From positions 1 to 64,000 of the forward strand of contig NGBS01001187.1 of the NCBI GenBank assembly GCA_002245135.1: a DNA stretch of 64,000 bases, in the 5' to 3' direction. Each line of letters opens with the position of its first letter. Within the stretch, counting starts at the first letter, position 1. Positions 38,698 to 51,448 of this stretch are shown piece by piece. The notes under the pieces are model-generated. The model was not told the origin of the DNA, did not search any database, and saw only the letters and a list, made by a program, of their open reading frames with translations. The stretch is from Proteromonas lacertae. Its lineage: Eukaryota. A program made the translations under genes and the position numbers.

Positions 38698-38719
38698 AAA
38701 CGGCTAAAATATTGAAACA
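38698..38719. promoter_or_regulatory. 22-nt intergenic element AAACGGCTAAAATATTGAAACA, shared with 10681-10702
   Basis: Lies in the 81-nt spacer between two divergent kinase-family genes. Confidence 0.5.
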
Positions 38720-38736
38720 TCAAACAAGTTTGAGAA

Positions 38737-39222
38737 ATGTTTTGCTTAAAATCTTTCATAGATGATGTTATACCGTCAATATTACCATCTGATGCAATAG
38801 TATTTTAGTTGAATTATTTTTGTAGATAAAAGAGAGAGTAGAAAAGAGTGTTAGTGAAGTAGGTTTAGTTGTAGAACATAAAAATGATATAAAGATGATG
38901 AAAATTGTAGATGTATCAGTGATAAAAGAAGAGAAGATGTTATATTATTTAGAAATGGTCACGTTTGCTGCAAATAGTAGTTTGTCCTTTTTCCTTCCTT
39001 CCAAAGTATTTCAAATTAATAATTATGGTGGATGTATGACAATAACAAGATATTATTATTTGAATGATTTAGAAGAGATACTTCCGAATAAATGCTTTAC
39101 AAGTGATGATATTGGAAATATAATATGTTTATTATATGATATATTGATGATATTGAGTGAAAATGAAATAGTGGTAAATAATCTGAAGAGTAGTAACGTA
39201 ATATATGAAGAGAACCATGTAA
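38737..39222 (+). pseudogene. 5' fragment of a pseudokinase(-LRR) gene, cut in subdomain VIb/VII
   Basis: Same first-intron position and sequence style as the 44037 gene (YYLNDLEEI vs [22 protein letters not shown] vs GNLKSSNVVYVEN). It then switches abruptly to Hsp70 sequence. Confidence 0.8.
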
Positions 39223-40057
39223 AAGCATTAATCCAAATGAAGCTGTAGCTTATGGTGCAACAGTACAAGCTGCTATTTTAACTGGTGCTGATAAAGGTGG
39301 AAAATTAGATGAATTGTTATTATTGGATGTAACTCCATTAAGTTTAGGTTTAGAAACAGCTGGTGGTGTAATGACTGTATTGATTAAGAGAAATACCACA
39401 ATTCCAGTTAAGAAAACTCAAGTATTTAGTACTTACAGTGATAATCAACCAGGTGTATTGATTCAAGTATTTGAAGGTGAAAGATCAATGACAAGAGATA
39501 ATAACTTATTAGGTAAGTTCCAGTTAGATGGAATTCCACCAATGCCAAGAGGTGTTCCACAAATTGAAGTAACTTATGATATTGATGCAAATGGTATTTT
39601 GAATGTAAGTGCTGTAGAAAAGAGTACTGGTAAAGCTAATAAGATTACCATTACAAATGATAAAGGTCGTCTTACACCTGAAGAAATTGAAAGAATGGTT
39701 GCTGAAGCTGAGAAATTCAAAGCTGAAGATGATAGAAATAAAGAACGTGTAGAATCCAAGAATCAATTAGAAAACTATGCTTTCAGTGTAAAGAACAGTG
39801 TTCGTGAAGAAGCTGTAGCTAATAAATTAGGTGAAAATGATAAGAAAGCTGTAGAAGATGCTGCTGAAGCTGCAATTAGTTGGTTAGACAGTCATCCAAA
39901 TGCTGAGAAAGAAGAATATGAAGAACAGTTGAAGATATTAGAAAATAAAGTAATGCCAATAATGAGTAAGTTAGGTGGTGGTGCAGGAGGTATGCCAGCT
40001 GGTGCTGCTCCAAGTGGTGGAAGTGCTCAAGGTCCACATATTGAAGAAGTTGATTAA
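39212..40057 (+). pseudogene. HSP70: 3' half of cytosolic Hsp70 (most of the ATPase domain missing)
   Basis: [25 protein letters not shown]...[18 protein letters not shown]...GPHIEEVD*. In-frame TGA at 39206-39208 upstream, and no N-terminal half nearby. Confidence 0.88.
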
Positions 40058-40588
40058 ATTTAAAGATTTTGTTTAATGTTAAATATTTATGTTTTTGATT
40101 TGGGATATTTATCTTTCAATTATATTAAATAGAAGATATTTGCTCTAATTTTGCTTAAATAAGAATGAAAAAAGAGCTAAACAATTTGGATGATGATTTA
40201 GATGGTGATGAATCTCTATTAATGCAAATATCATCTTGTATTTCTCTTATTTTACTGATTTTTCATAGATTTCTTTTATTCTCTGGGAATTGTAGCTGGT
40301 GGTAAATGTATGGTTTTATTATTCAAATATTGTGGGTATAATCCAATAATTCCTAGGATTATACATTTTCTATCATTTAAGATGTTATAATTGTTTTAAT
40401 ATGTTATATATTATTATTAAAGTTAATATATTAGTTGTAAGAATTTTTATTGGTAAATGACTGTTAATTCAACAATTTATGAAAACACATATTTCATTGA
40501 GTGTACTAGTTGTAATTAGCTTATGTAAATATTTTTATTCACATGAGCATTCTAAAAATGGATAAGAATAGTAAATAGTAGAAATTAT

Positions 40589-42724
40589 TTATTTCTCATA
40601 ATTGACTGATAATAATTCAACTGAAGTGTTTTGACTATATATTGCAGCATATGTATATAATGGAGAAGGTAAATCTTTAACAAGTAAAACAGGAGATGAA
40701 TTATTATGACTAATCCAAAATTCTCTTTTATTCATATCAACTATCACTTCATAAATTGAACCATCTTCATAATTATAGAAATTTGGATTTGAATTCACAA
40801 CTCTTCCAATATGACATAATGATGTAATATCTCTACTTTCACTACAAATTGCATAATAATTACATGTTGTTGATTGATCATAAATATCATATCCAGAATA
40901 TGTATTATTAGTTGATAATCCTAAATACATTTCATCATCTACACTTTTATTTTGATTATATCTATATTTGATATGATAAACTCCATTTTCCATTTTCAAA
41001 TTCAAATAACAATGATTCCAACCATAAAATGTATTTGTATTTGTTATTAATTTTCCATTATTTGAGATTGATATTCCTTCACTTTTGTTAGAACAATTAA
41101 ATTGTATTTGTGTTACTTTCAATGAGATTTTGAATTTCTTTTCACTTAGAATATTTTTACAGGTAATTTCATAATTATCCCCTTTCATTGGCTGTTCTAC
41201 TCTTCCATGAATTATTCCACTTTCTTTATCAATCATTAAACCATCAGGTAAAGATGGATTTATTGAAAATTCACATATATCTCCATCAAATGTTGGAATT
41301 ATTGAGATTTCATCATTTACCATAAATGAATATTTTGATTGAGGATATGAAAATGTGATGATTTCTTTTGTTAATATGTTTAAAATTTCTTCATTTCTTT
41401 TTATTTCTGATATTTCATCATTATCATCATCTACAATTTGATTTATATAGTTTATTAATATTTTCTTAGATTCATTTGAATAGAAATTATCATTATTCAA
41501 TAAATCATATAATATCTTCTTGCCTAACAGATTCTCTATTGTTAATAAGTTCTTCTCTTCATTTATAAACAAACATAAACATTTTATTATTCGATTACTT
41601 TCTTTACTTTTATATTCATTTATCAATTCACAAAATATATTTCTTTTTGTTTTACTTGAGATTTTCATGTCTTTCAATCCAATTCCACTGTCTATCATTA
41701 TTAATAAACCAATTTCTTTCATTCTTATGTCTTTATTATTCAATAACATTGAAATTGTATTCTCATTAATCAATACAAGTAAATCTTCTTCTTTGATATT
41801 ATCATCTTCACTTTTGTAATATTTTACTATGATTTCTTCTATTCTTTCATCTTTCATTTCTTCATTATTCAAACATATTGGATTTATTCTGTTTTTCATT
41901 TCCATTAAATAATCATTCATATCTATTGTTTTCAATTCATTTAAAATGGAAGGTTCTAGCTCATCTAATTCCACATTTTCTAGAAGAATTGATTTTAATA
42001 ATAATCTTTTAAATTCTTCATCTAATTCTTTCTTTTCTTCTTTTTCAATCTTCTTCTCTTCATTTCTATACCATCTCATTAATACTTTCAATAATCAATT
42101 CTCATTTTTTATTATCAGTTTTTCACTTTCTAATATCATCTTCAAATTTTCTATTCTCAACTTAAACAATAATTCTTCTATACAATTAGATAATTACATA
42201 TATATACCATTATTTAAGTATTTATAACTATTTTCTTTCAAGTATTCTTCACTTATCTTGATTAATTCATTAATCTCTTCTTTCTTAAATAAATCATATA
42301 AATCCAATATCTTCAATATCATTTCATCATATAAATGACTTTTTATATACTTCACACAATATTTCATTATTTCTTTGTCATTGTAGTAAATACTCATCAA
42401 TAAAACATTTATTACATTTTCATCTAATAATTCCATATAACCACCACTGTAAAACTTCTCCATCTCTATAAATCATTCTACACTACTTCCTTCACATAAA
42501 ACTAACACTCCTTCAAATTGTTCATCTTCTAATAACTTTTGAAATGTCTCATTTCCATTAATCAATATACATCTCATACTCTCTATTGTTTCTTCACCAA
42601 TTAACACTTTCAAATAACTCAATCCTTTTGAAACCATCTCTCTACATAACCTATACTCATCAAAATAATAATAGAAAATAATTTAATACCCAATATCACA
42701 AATTGAACTCTTTATCACCTTCAT
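40589..42724 (-). pseudogene. Second BTB-BACK-Ig-SPRY gene with two in-frame TGA codons
   Basis: ATG at 42724 with the same first-intron position as the 10633 paralog. TGA at 42473-42475 (VE*FIE) and 42095-42097 (NEN*LLK). FSINPSLPDGLMIDKESGIIHG is the Ig motif; a SPRY tail follows. Confidence 0.75.
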
Positions 42725-43402
42725 ATGTTAAAATGAATTTGAAATGTCAAAATGTCAATTTACATGTCATTTTAAGTTTCTATGTAAAATCAATAAAATA
42801 CATCAAATCAACCATTTTTAAGTATTAACAATATATTTATCTAGTTGTTTATAAATTCATATATACATAACAACTAACACACTTCAGTAAATACAACTGT
42901 TTTATAATTGATATTTAAACATATGACTCAATATAAGCAATCATTCATCTAACATAATTATTCATATATCATACATTCAATGTTCATGAGATTGAAAGTA
43001 TTATGAAATATCTTCTATATTAACGAATTAGCTTTACTTTATCCAATAATATTAATTATTCATATAATAACACTAAGTACAATATATAATGATGAATATA
43101 TACGTCATTTACTCTTTTAACAAGATCAAAACCACTATTTACATATTTATTGATTGATAAAAGATAATAGGCATGTATTTCATATTTATATCAAATCCAC
43201 ATATCGTTTATGGCTAGTCTATTAACAATATTTCACAAGTCTATTTAAAAGTTAAATAAACAATTCTATAAACACAGTTGACTTTTATCTGTTTTTCATT
43301 CGATTTACATACAATACATCTCTACATCAAAATCAAATTTCAAAAAATGATTGAATCAAGCCAAAAGCTTGGGTTTGTTAGAATTAAATTTTAGGATATC
43401 TC

Positions 43403-43860
43403 ATGAATGATTATTTGTTGAACGATATTCCATATGAAACCGATGAAACTGATAAATTAGCTATTCATGCTAAACAATTGAAGGAAGTATTTGGAGTTAA
43501 ACATCGAAATATCGTAGAAGAGTATTTTGATGTATTATTATTATTAGACCAATAACAGTGCAGTATGATTCATTGGATTATGATATAATTGAAAATGAGT
43601 ATAAACATTTTGCGTAATATATAGATTGAATAAGAAATATCTCGAAAAACAAACCAAAACTGATAAACGAATAGCATTTATATGTGGTTGGTTAGTTTAT
43701 TCGTGTGTAGGTATATGTACTGGTTTAATAGCGTTTGATTTACATGAAAGTGTATTATTTGTTAGTAATTTACGTTTTAATCCAGCTCGTTTATTAATAT
43801 TGAAAAATCAGATGTTCTTAGGTTATTTATATTTTGTTTCAATCTCATTATTTTGTTTTA
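43403..43860 (+). pseudogene. 5' fragment of a CLC chloride channel/transporter gene
   Basis: Three spliced exons give QYDSLDYDIIENEL...GWLVYSCVGICTGLIAF, matching the CLC-6/7-type N-terminus (YESLDYD, IGILTGLVA). The sequence decays before the GSGIPE motif. Confidence 0.72.
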
Positions 43861-44036
43861 ACATAATTGAAGTAAAATTATTGAAAGTCTTAATTTATAT
43901 GTTATATATTATGATTTTTAGTTGGTATTTAATTTTGATCACATAAATATTATGTTTAAGGACAAAAATAAGATTTCAATTATTTGGGGATTTTTATATT
44001 AACCAAAATTTTGATAAAATCTTTAATCTTTCTAAA

Positions 44037-47000
44037 ATGAATTGCATTGATGAAATATTGTCACAATATGAAGTATTTAAGTTTATTTAATAATTTAGAT
44101 TAATAAAAGATCCGAAAAGAGTAGTTGTGAAGTAGATTTGGTTGTGAAAGATGAAGATACAATGAAAACAGTGAAAATCCTAAATATTACTGAAATAGAT
44201 GAACAGAGAGTATTAAAGTTTAGTGAAAATAACTCTTTACTCTTAGATTGTTGTTCAAATTTGGTATATCCAACCCAAATGCAGTTCTTCGGGTGTAATA
44301 CAATAGTAGTAGAGAGAAAATACTACGAGAATGATTTGGAAGAGATAATTCAAAGTCAAACCTTATCAAGTGATAGTATTAATAGTATAATATGTGGTTT
44401 GTGTAATATCCTGATAATAATGAATGAAAATGATGTAGTTGTTGGTAATCTGAAGAGCAGCAATGTAGTGTATGTGGAGAATCGTGATATAAAATTATGT
44501 GATATTGGTTTAAATACTTTGAGAAAAGAAGAAGAAATGACAATATATGATATATGCTTTAAAAGCCCTGAAGAATTGATTGGATTAGAATGTAACGAGA
44601 GAAGTGTAATTTGGTCAGTTGGATGTATATTATATGAAATAATCAACAAGAAATTACCATTTAATGAAGATAATAATATGAATAAAACAAAAGAGAATAT
44701 TGTGAGATGTAAAAACAGTTTAGATGAAAAATGTGATGATTTAATGAAAGAAATGATAAAAAGAATGTTGAAAGTGAAGAATGAAGATAGATTGAATTTA
44801 ATAGAGTTGAAGAAAGAGATGATAAAAATGAGTGAAATAAAGAGAGATGGAAATAATTATTTAATGATATATAAAGAAAGAAAAGAGATGTTAAATAATA
44901 ATGATTTTTTAATTATAGTTCTACCAATATTATTTCCATCAAAATATTATCTTGGAAGTCATAAATGGGAAGTTATTCGAGATGATTTAATAGAATTATA
45001 CACTTATGGAGGTAATGAAAGAATACTAGCAATATTATTGATGATAAAGTTATACAAAAAAGATGATAATGCTAAGGATATGCTTTTATTTAGAATTACT
45101 CATAAATGTAAAAAAGGAAAAAAAATTAATTTAGATAAACAGGTATTTAACATGTATCTTGATGATTATGATGAAGAAACAATTAGAATTAATTCAGATT
45201 GTTTTTGTATGTGTGAAAAAGGAATGAATTATTTGTTCAAAGTGTTAAAATACCTCGATGTAACAAAAATTGGTTTTGGTATAATTTTAAGTAATTGTTA
45301 TTCATTTAGATAATATTGAAATTCCACTGCAACTTCAATCGTTATTCGGATTGTGTTTTACACAATTAAGAAATCCAGAAGTATTAGATTTAATAGGATA
45401 TAATCTTACATATCGCTTTATTGAATCATTTGTTATTTCAATTCCATTTATGAAACTGAGATGTTTAGATATTGAATGTATTTGTTAAGTCTTTTTAATT
45501 AATTTACTCATAAATAGGTAATCCAATTGGTCCAAAAGGATTCAAATTATTACTTCCATATCTTCATTTGTTGTTAAATGGATATAATAAATTGAATCTT
45601 TGTATGATGAATTTAAATGATGAATCAATGATATTATTATCATCAGAATTACATAAATATCCAAATCTTGAGAAAATAGATATAACAGAAAACAAAAACA
45701 TTCATTCAAAAGGATTAAAAGCTTTATTCTCTAAATTACCTATTTCAAAGATAGAATTTGATTTTAATAGAAGTAAAGAATTGCTGCTAGACAAAGATAT
45801 TCCAGAATTAATCAAATATACCAAAGACTGTAGAAATGATTTTTATATGCCAAAATTAATTAGATTAATCACATATTATTATGTTTTAGATTTAAATGAT
45901 TCTGATATTGATGATGATATTTTCAAGTCCTTTATTAAATTAAGATCAAACGAATGTGGAGATATAAGAATATTAGATTTGAGTAGTATTATTCGATATT
46001 TTTCTATTATTTAGATAATAAATTAACATATAAAAGTATTGAAATACTAGTTAATAGTTTATCTTCATTTTCAAATCTTAAGGAACTTCAATTATATGGA
46101 AATGAGATAGGAGATGAAGGAATCAAAATACTATCTCCACATTTACATTTACTAAAAGATCATAATGAAAAAATGAATTGTTCAAGTATAATTCTTATTG
46201 TAATATGTAATAGATATGGGATTATCATCAATTGGATTAAAGTACTTATTAGATAGTTTAAAGAATATTCAAGGAAAGATAGAATTATTTGATATAAGTT
46301 ATAATTGTATTGATGCAGATGGAGTAGAATATTTGATGAATTATATGAAAGATAATAATATTGAGAAAATAATCATTCATGGTATCTATTTGCTTTTTAT
46401 TTTGTTTGTTTCAAATAGATAATCCAATTGGTAATAATGGATTTAAATTATTATTGAATAATTTGGATATTATAGAAGACAAAAATGATGAAATTAATAT
46501 GAATAATATCTTAATAGATGATAAAAGCGCAGTATTATTACCCAATAAGATATATAAAGTAAAAGGATATATTACTATCAACCTAAATGGAAATGATATT
46601 AGAATGAAAGGATTGAAAGCACTAGAAGAAAAATATTCTGTTTATGATAGAATTATAATTGAATCTATTCCAGCATATTATCTATTTGTTCAAATAAATA
46701 ATTCATTATGGACAAATGAAGAATTTGACTGCTATTTAAGTTATTGTTATAAACAGACGAAAAGGAGAGTATATAGAAATTATGATTTTTCAAGTATACA
46801 ATCCAATATATATAATATAATAGATTTAAATGTGACTGATTCTCATATTTTATTCATTAAACAGCTTAATTATAAAAAACTTGATTTATCAAACAACAGA
46901 ATTAGTAATAAAGGATTAAAAGAATTAATAGATTCTATACCAAAATATTCAGATAGATGTATATCTATATCAATTAATAATAATCCAATTGGAGATGAAG

Positions 47001-47432
47001 GGATAGAGATAATATGTAAAAATTTAGATAAATTTGTTAATAATTCGCCATTGAATGTTTCAAGTATTTTAATAACAATATATATTTAATATTTGAATAG
47101 ATATTGGAATGAGTGAAAAAGGATTGAAAATATTGATAGAAAGATTAAGAGATTATCAACCATTAAAAAAGATAGATATATCAGGATGGGATTTAAATGA
47201 TAGTGAGATGAGAATGATGAAAGAGAATAATAGATTATTTGAGAATTTAGACGAATTATCTATATCGTTGGAGAATAACATAAATAAATATGAATTAGAA
47301 GAATTCTTTGATGTATTTTGCTCTATTGGTAGAATAAAGATACTTGTGGCAAAAAAGAAAGTAAATATTGATTATAAAACACTGTCTTTTGTATTATTAT
47401 TACTTCTACTATTAATATATGTAATGTATTGA
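44037..47432 (+). CDS. Large pseudokinase-LRR protein (3' end approximate)
   Basis: Kinase with VVGNLKSSNV (no HRD), LCDIG, FKSPEEL and VIWSVGCILYE. Many RI-like LRRs (GNPIGPKG, GNEIGDEG, NNRISNKG, NNPIGDEG) in phase-1 exons, including 168, 171 and 168 nt. Confidence 0.85.
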
Positions 47433-47505
47433 TATTGATGTATTAACTGATTTTGTTTTGTGTTTAAAAACAAAAAAGAAATACTGAAACGAATATATTT
47501 TTGTA

Positions 47506-48764
47506 ATGTCTGAAAGTGAAGAAGAAGAGATTACCATTGATTCTAATGCTGTTGAAATTGGTCATGCTGTAACATTAAGATCTAATTTTCAAATATGGGA
47601 TGCTGGCAAAGTAGGTGGTAAGCCAATTTGGTTGAATCCTCGAGATTTACCTAAATGTGAAGAATTAATATGCCATTCTTGCAAAAATCCCTTAAAATTT
47701 TTGTTACAAGTATAGATTATGTTTTTAAGCTTAATTAGTTGTATTTACCTTTGGACGATGATGAAAATTGTTTTCACCGTAGTTTATATATATTTACATG
47801 TGACAAAACATCATGTGTATTATCAGGCGGTATAAAAATACTTCGTTGCCAATTAAGACAAGAAAATGACTTTTATCCTCCACAATTGATTGAAGAAGAT
47901 GAAGAGACTAAAGATGATGAAAAAAATCTATCACAATTAACCAAAAAGAGGAAAAATGAAAATGATATAGAGTTAAATTCTAAAGAATGCAAATATAATA
48001 CTCATCTTTGTGAAGTGTGCGGATTTCCAGCTCCATCTCGATGTTCGAGATGTAAAAGTGTTTATTACTGTAGTAAATCACATCAATTATTTCATTGGAA
48101 AGTCTGCCATCAGAATGAATGTGGAAAAGAAAATATAAAAAGAAATGAAGTAACTGAAAGAATATTAAAGGATAGTTTATTTAAAGAATATGAGGTATAT
48201 TTATATTTATTTATTGTTTATTTAGATTGAAATAACAATAGAACCATACGATGCTGAAAAAATCAAATTAGAAAATAAAAAATATGAAAAACTAATAAAA
48301 AAAGAAGATAAAATTAAACCAGAAGATAAAATCTCCGAAGAAGATATAAATGAAGCAATGAAAAGTGTTGGTAAAAATCCAATATCCATAAATCCTTATT
48401 TTTTGGAGTTTCAGAATAGAATTAGCATATCACCCAGTCAAATTGTTAGAATTTATTATGAAAATGATAAATCAATATTATGGTATAGTGATAAATGTAT
48501 TTTATCTTCATCTGATATACCTAAATGTCAGTATTGTGGAAATGACAGGTATATCAATTTATTATTATTATTTTTATCAATAGAGTATATGAATTTCAAG
48601 TAATGCCACAAATATTGTATTATTTGGGTTTAAATATTGGTAAAGATGCAAATACTCTTCAATTTGGTACTTTGTGTGTTTATACTTGCAGTAAGAATTG
48701 TATTTCATCTGAACATGCTTATTTAGAGGAGTTTATATATTGTCAACCAGCAGAAGATATATAA
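47506..48764 (+). CDS. PDCD2: PDCD2 (zf-MYND + PDCD2_C), uS5 chaperone family
   Basis: KVGGKPIWL, FLLQLYLP, FHRSLYIFTC, MYND CEVCG...CSRCKSVYYCSKSHQLFHWK, IPKCQYCG, EFQVMPQIL, FGTLCVYTC. Confidence 0.9.
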
Positions 48765-48853
48765 TATAAATAATTAAGTTTTGAATTTTTTTTGTTAAAA
48801 ATATGTGTGTATGTATGTATTTACGATTTAATTACAACAATTTTGTTAAATTA

Positions 48854-49897
48854 TCAAGATAGTTTATTAGAATCAGATTCAATTTCGAAATCTTTACTTA
48901 ATTCTATCACATCTTCTACATAATTAGGATTTTCAGTTGGTAAAAACCAGTTAATTCCAAATTCTTCTCCCATCAACTGATGCAAACCTTCAGATAATGA
49001 ATACTATAAAAATATATTCAATTAATTATACTCTTTCAACTCTTTCTTTTTTCAATGATTCTACATAAGTAATATCATAAGTGACTGATTGAATCTATTC
49101 ATTTTACAATATAAATATATAATAATAAAAGTATACTTGGTCTTTCAACAAAGACACTCCAAAACAAAAGAAGAATAAGTTGAGGAATAAATTTAAACAC
49201 ATCACAATGAAATATTTTAAATAATATTTGGCAAATAACTGAGTTAAATGATCCTTTTTATAATTATATATAAAAAACATCATATATTGATATAAGACGT
49301 GAAATTCGCCAATTATTAAAAAAAGTAGAAAAAGAATGAAGAATTTTTGATTATGATAACCAACACAGTTATTAGTCCATCTATACATATTATATTATAT
49401 GCATATATATATACGGACAATGATGATCCATTTTCATTACACAAATTCCACAAATATGACAATGATGTGCTCTAAGTGGTTTGAATGTTTTACATAACCT
49501 ACTCTTTATGAATATTATTATACCTACACAACCTGTATTTTCCTGTTGATTTAAGATAATCAAAAGTTCTTTCATCATACTTTCATTATAATAATATAGT
49601 TTATACTTGCTTGAATGGCGTCACTCCTGCTTCAGTAGTTACACAACGATAATAATTTATAATTATGAAAAAAACAACAAACCAGAAAAAAAGTGATTGA
49701 ATATATCTAATTATAACAAATTTGTATATTTCAGGAATTATCCAAAACGTAATTATGTATAGAGTGGAGTATATTTGTAGTTGTGCCTAAAATCAATAAT
49801 GAAACAACAATACTATTGTAGAACACATTAGTCCTGATACATCCCAATATATAAACCATATATTTTTGTGGTAAAAACTCTGTAGTGCTTGAAACAT
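48854..49897 (-). CDS. DHHC palmitoyl acyltransferase
   Basis: [27 protein letters not shown] spliced to [18 protein letters not shown], with flanking TM segments. Confidence 0.92.
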
Positions 49898-49955
49898 GAA
49901 AAAGAAGAATTATATCCGTTTCATAAATAATATTTTTATGAAAAAATGATTGAAT

Positions 49956-51448
49956 ATAAAACAAAGAACAAAAATAAAATAATGTTTAAGATTTTATGGC
50001 TTTGTATTTTGTAATACATTATTATTTAACCAATAATCTCCTTTCTATTTAATAGAACAATAAAAAATATACTTCAGTTATATCTAATGCAGGACTCTGT
50101 GTTGATCCAGTGTTCAATATCATATGGACTGGCAATTCATAAGTAATTGTATGAACTTTCCATCCATCTTCACTTTCTTTCAATTCTTCACCAGGCCAAG
50201 CAGTTGTAGTTTCATTATTCCATATATGTCTATTAAATACATAATATAATAATTATTATTATACATATGTGTATATTCTTTACAATAAACATGAATTTCA
50301 TTTGATTCTTCACTTTCAGGTTTAACACTTTCTTCTACTTCCTCTTCTTTCTTCTTCAGCTACTATTCTTTCTTCTACTGCTCTTTTCTCTTCTTCTTGT
50401 CTCTTGGCTTCTTCAGCCTTTCGGGCTTGTTCTTCAGCTAATCTTCTAGCTTCTTCTTCAGCTTGTTTTTGTCTTTCTTCTTCTTTACGTTTTTCTTCAG
50501 CTTTTCTCTTATCTTCTACTAATTGTTTATCTTTATCATCATCTGGCTTTTTCTTCTCTTCTTTTGTTTTAATACTACTTTCTGTTTTTTTAATTTCTGT
50601 TTTTTTAGTTTCTTTTACTACAACATGAATAAAATATAAAACATACCTTTATTTTCATTTTTGTTATTAATTTTCTCTTTAGAATCATGCATTTCATGAG
50701 TACGATTTGTATTTTCATCTTTACTATGTCTTTTCAAAAAAAATAGTAATGCAGCTGCTGTTGCTATTGTTGCTGCTCCAGCAAGAATAATAAAAGAACT
50801 TTTGGCTAAATATTAGATATAATATTGATATACATGGCATTTAGAGGTAAAATAGAAAATGAGAATTTTCAAAAAATTATATTCGTTTCATAATTTGAAT
50901 ATTTAAAATAAAATCAAATAAAACAAAGAACAAAAATAAAATAATGTTTAAGATTTTATGGCTTTGTATTTTGTAATACATTATTATTTAACCAATAATC
51001 TCCTTTCTATTTAATAGAACAATAAAAAATATACTTCAGTTATATCTAATGCAGGACTCTGTGTTGATCCAGTGTTCAATATCATATGGACTGGCAATTC
51101 ATAAGTAATTGTATGAACTTTCCATCCATCTTCACTTTCTTTCAATTCTTCACCAGGCCAAGCAGTTGTAGTTTCATTATTCCATATATGTCTATTAAAT
51201 ACATAATATAATAATTATTATTATACATATGTGTATATTCTTTACAATAAACATGAATTTCATTTGATTCTTCACTTTCAGGTTTAACACTTTCTTCTAC
51301 TTCCTCTTTCTTTTCTTCTTCAGCTGCTATTCTTTCTTCTTCTGCTCTTTTCTCTTCTTCTTGTCTCTTGGCTTCTTCAGCCTTTCGGGCTTGTTCTTCA
51401 GCTAATCTTCTAGCTTCTTCTTCAGCTTGTTTTTGTCTTTCTTCTTCT
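49956..51448. repeat. ~530-nt near-identical direct repeat (49956-50484 and 50918-51448)
   Basis: Offset 962 nt (964 after the indel). Covers the 3' UTR, two introns, the CBM exons and the end of the stalk. Confidence 0.92.
49994..50840 (-). CDS. Signal-anchored protein with short E/K stalk and C-terminal CBM26-like starch-binding module (copy 1; 2-nt indel near 50345)
   Basis: Spliced MPSKSSFIILAGAATIATAAALLFFLKRHSK, then an E/K/R helix, then EIHVYCKEYTHIHIWNNETTTAWPGEELKESEDGWKVHTITYELPVHMILNTGSTQSPALDITEKGDYWL. Confidence 0.75.

Noticed and set aside
40150..40375. Coding-like patch after Hsp70
   Set aside because: The minus-strand frames I read contain multiple stops and no recognisable family. 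It is counted only as part of the decayed zone.
42095..42475. Genome-wide TGA reassignment or selenocysteine
   Set aside because: TGA terminates other genes in the window, Trp is TGG throughout, and the sites do not align to Cys in the paralog.
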